From an uncultured Acidobacteriota bacterium (GTDB taxonomy: Bacteria > Acidobacteriota > Polarisedimenticolia > J045): a stretch of DNA of 64,000 bases. Each line of letters opens with the position of its first letter. The first letter of the stretch is position 1. Positions 62,379 through 64,000 of the stretch are shown here, one piece after another. A model generated the notes under the pieces. It made no database searches and had not been told where the DNA came from. It saw only the letters and a list, made by a program, of their open reading frames with translations. Location of the stretch: positions 224,001 to 288,000 of the forward strand of contig CAVPCQ010000037.1 of NCBI GenBank assembly GCA_963702425.1, given 5' to 3'. A program made the position numbers and the translations under genes.

Positions 62379-63779
62379 ATGGCCGACCTCCTCGAGAAGT
62401 GCGGCGTAGCCGCGGTGCACGGACACGCGGAGGCGGCGAACCTCGTCTACCTGGCGCTCTACGCGCTGCAGCACCGCGGGCAGGAGGCCGCCGGCATCGT
62501 GGCCTCGGACGGCGCCGAGCTGCGCCGCTTCGCGGGCCGCGGCCACGTCGCCGACGTCTTCACGCCCGACCGGCTGGCGCAGCTTCCGGGGTCGATGGCG
62601 ATCGGCCACAACCGCTACGCGACCGCCGGCGGCGCGGGGATCGAGAATGTCCAGCCGCTGCTGATGCAGACCAAGCGCGGCCCGCTCGCGCTGGCTCACA
62701 ACGGCAACCTCGTCAACGCGGTCAGCCTGCGCCGGACGCTCGAACTGGAGGGGGCCGTCTTCCACTCCAGCTCGGACACCGAGGTGATCCTGCAGCTGGC
62801 CGCCCGGTCGGGGAAGCAGGAGCTGCCGGCGGCGCTGGTCGAGGCGCTGTCGATCGTGCGTGGCGCCTACTGCCTGGTCGTGTCCGAGCGGGGGCGGGTG
62901 ATCGCGGTGCGCGACCCCCAGGGCTTCCGCCCGCTCTCGCTCGGGCGGCTCCCGGACGGGGCGCCGGTCGTCGCCTCGGAGAGCTGCGCCTTCGACCTGA
63001 TCGGTGCGCAGTTCGAGCGCGACGTCGCCCCCGGCGAGATGCTCGTTTTCGGGCCCGGGCGCGAGGAGCGCTCCAGCGCGCCGCTCCCGCGCGCCGAGCC
63101 GACCCCCTGCATCTTCGAGTACGTCTACTTCGCGCGCCCCGACAGCCAGGTCTTCGGGCGCCCGGTGAGCGAGGTCCGGCGCGGGCTCGGCGAGCAGCTG
63201 GCGGCGGAACATCCGGCCGACGCCGAACTCGTCGTGCCGGTTCCCGACAGCGGCGTCCCGGCGGCGATCGGGTTCGCGCGCGCCTCCGGGTTGCCGTTCG
63301 ATTTCGGGCTGACGCGCAACCACTACGTCGGCCGGACCTTCATCGAGCCCGCGCAGGCGATCCGACACTTCGGGGTCAAGGTGAAGCTGAACCCGGTGCG
63401 CGAGCTGATCGCCGGGCGCCGGATCGTGCTGGTCGACGACAGCCTGGTGCGTGGCACGACGATGGCGAAGATCGTCCAGCTCGTGCGGCAGGCCGGCGCG
63501 CGCGAGGTTCACGTCCGGATCTCGTGCCCGCCGACGATCTCGCCCTGCTTCTACGGGATCGACACGCCGACCGAAGAGGAACTGATCGCCGCGCAGCTGT
63601 CGGTACCCGAGATCCGGATGACGATCGGCGCCGACTCGCTGGGCTATCTTTCGCTGGCGGGGATGCACCGCGCGGTACGCGCGACGGTCGGGGACTTCTG
63701 CGCCGCCTGCTTCACCGGCGACTACCCGATGCCGGTGACCGACCGGGTGGCGCTCAGCGAGGAGCGCCGCCGGCGCTAG
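62379..63779 (+). CDS. purF: Amidophosphoribosyltransferase
   Basis: Short propeptide then CGV (N-terminal nucleophile), LQHRGQE, GHNRY.T.G, HNGNL.N, C.FE.VYFARPDS, VDDSLVRGTT, FC.ACF.G.YP. Confidence 0.97.
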   Translation: MADLLEKCGVAAVHGHAEAANLVYLALYALQHRGQEAAGIVASDGAELRRFAGRGHVADVFTPDRLAQLPGSMAIGHNRYATAGGAGIENVQPLLMQTKRGPLALAHNGNLVNAVSLRRTLELEGAVFHSSSDTEVILQLAARSGKQELPAALVEALSIVRGAYCLVVSERGRVIAVRDPQGFRPLSLGRLPDGAPVVASESCAFDLIGAQFERDVAPGEMLVFGPGREERSSAPLPRAEPTPCIFEYVYFARPDSQVFGRPVSEVRRGLGEQLAAEHPADAELVVPVPDSGVPAAIGFARASGLPFDFGLTRNHYVGRTFIEPAQAIRHFGVKVKLNPVRELIAGRRIVLVDDSLVRGTTMAKIVQLVRQAGAREVHVRISCPPTISPCFYGIDTPTEEELIAAQLSVPEIRMTIGADSLGYLSLAGMHRAVRATVGDFCAACFTGDYPMPVTDRVALSEERRRR

Positions 63780-63810
63780 GGAGTGACGGGCAGCGCCCGG
63801 AGGGACGACC

Positions 63811-64000
63811 GTGGCCGAGAAGATGCAGGACGAGCCGGCGCAGCAGCCGATGACCTATCGCGACGCAGGGGTCGACATCGATGCCCAGGACCGTGCGCTG
63901 GCGATGATCAAGGGGCACCTCGCGGCGACGCGAACGCCGGGCGTGCTGTCCGACCTCGGCAGCTTCGGCGGCCTGTTCCGGGTGCCGGCCGACGTGCCCG
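63811..64000 (+). CDS. purM: Phosphoribosylformylglycinamidine cyclo-ligase, N-terminal part (truncated by the window end)
   Basis: GTG after ggaggg. TYRDAGVDID...LGSFGGLF, directly after purF. Confidence 0.9.
   Translation, partial: MAEKMQDEPAQQPMTYRDAGVDIDAQDRALAMIKGHLAATRTPGVLSDLGSFGGLFRVPADVP

Overview
Very GC-rich, gene-dense bacterial chromosome segment. The gene content (TPR and TolB-repeat Ser/Thr kinases, a GspF-E-PilMNOP-secretin cluster, CarD) suggests Acidobacteriota, but this is inference. About 51 genes can be supported. In order: Lhr helicase C-terminus, VAT-1-like oxidoreductase, msrA, a kinase, a hybrid histidine kinase, dnaE2, a peroxiredoxin, pilT, a sigma-54 activator facing a hemerythrin/cupin/4Fe-4S operon, a large BNR-repeat secreted protein, radical SAM, carD, an RqcH-like gene, nrdR-hsp20-lon, marR, a second kinase, cinA, SUI1, thiL, an ECF sigma/anti-sigma pair heading a T2SS/type IV pilus operon, M16 peptidase, dut, purB, purF and the start of purM. 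Main points the ORF track misses: (1) two otherwise unrelated secreted proteins share a ~100-aa C-terminal domain (YLVxxxxGGxExGxG[KR]xSxGxAR...CP-stop), a candidate export/sorting signal possibly linked to the T2SS, whose secretin ends in a cohesin-like domain; (2) the peroxiredoxin is a selenoprotein, with an in-frame UGA at the peroxidatic Cys position and a SECIS-like hairpin; (3) the ECF/anti-sigma/'mini-secretin' trio is translationally coupled and sits 2 nt from the T2SS genes; (4) a -24/-12 promoter and palindromic candidate activator sites precede the hemerythrin operon; (5) four GTAG-type REP copies, two forming a doublet; (6) two single extra-G frameshifts (Lhr/VAT-1 fusion and split dnaE2), probably assembly errors; (7) several probable leaderless genes. 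No rRNA, tRNA, CRISPR array or transposase was recognised. All domain calls are from motif recognition by eye; no database searches were run.
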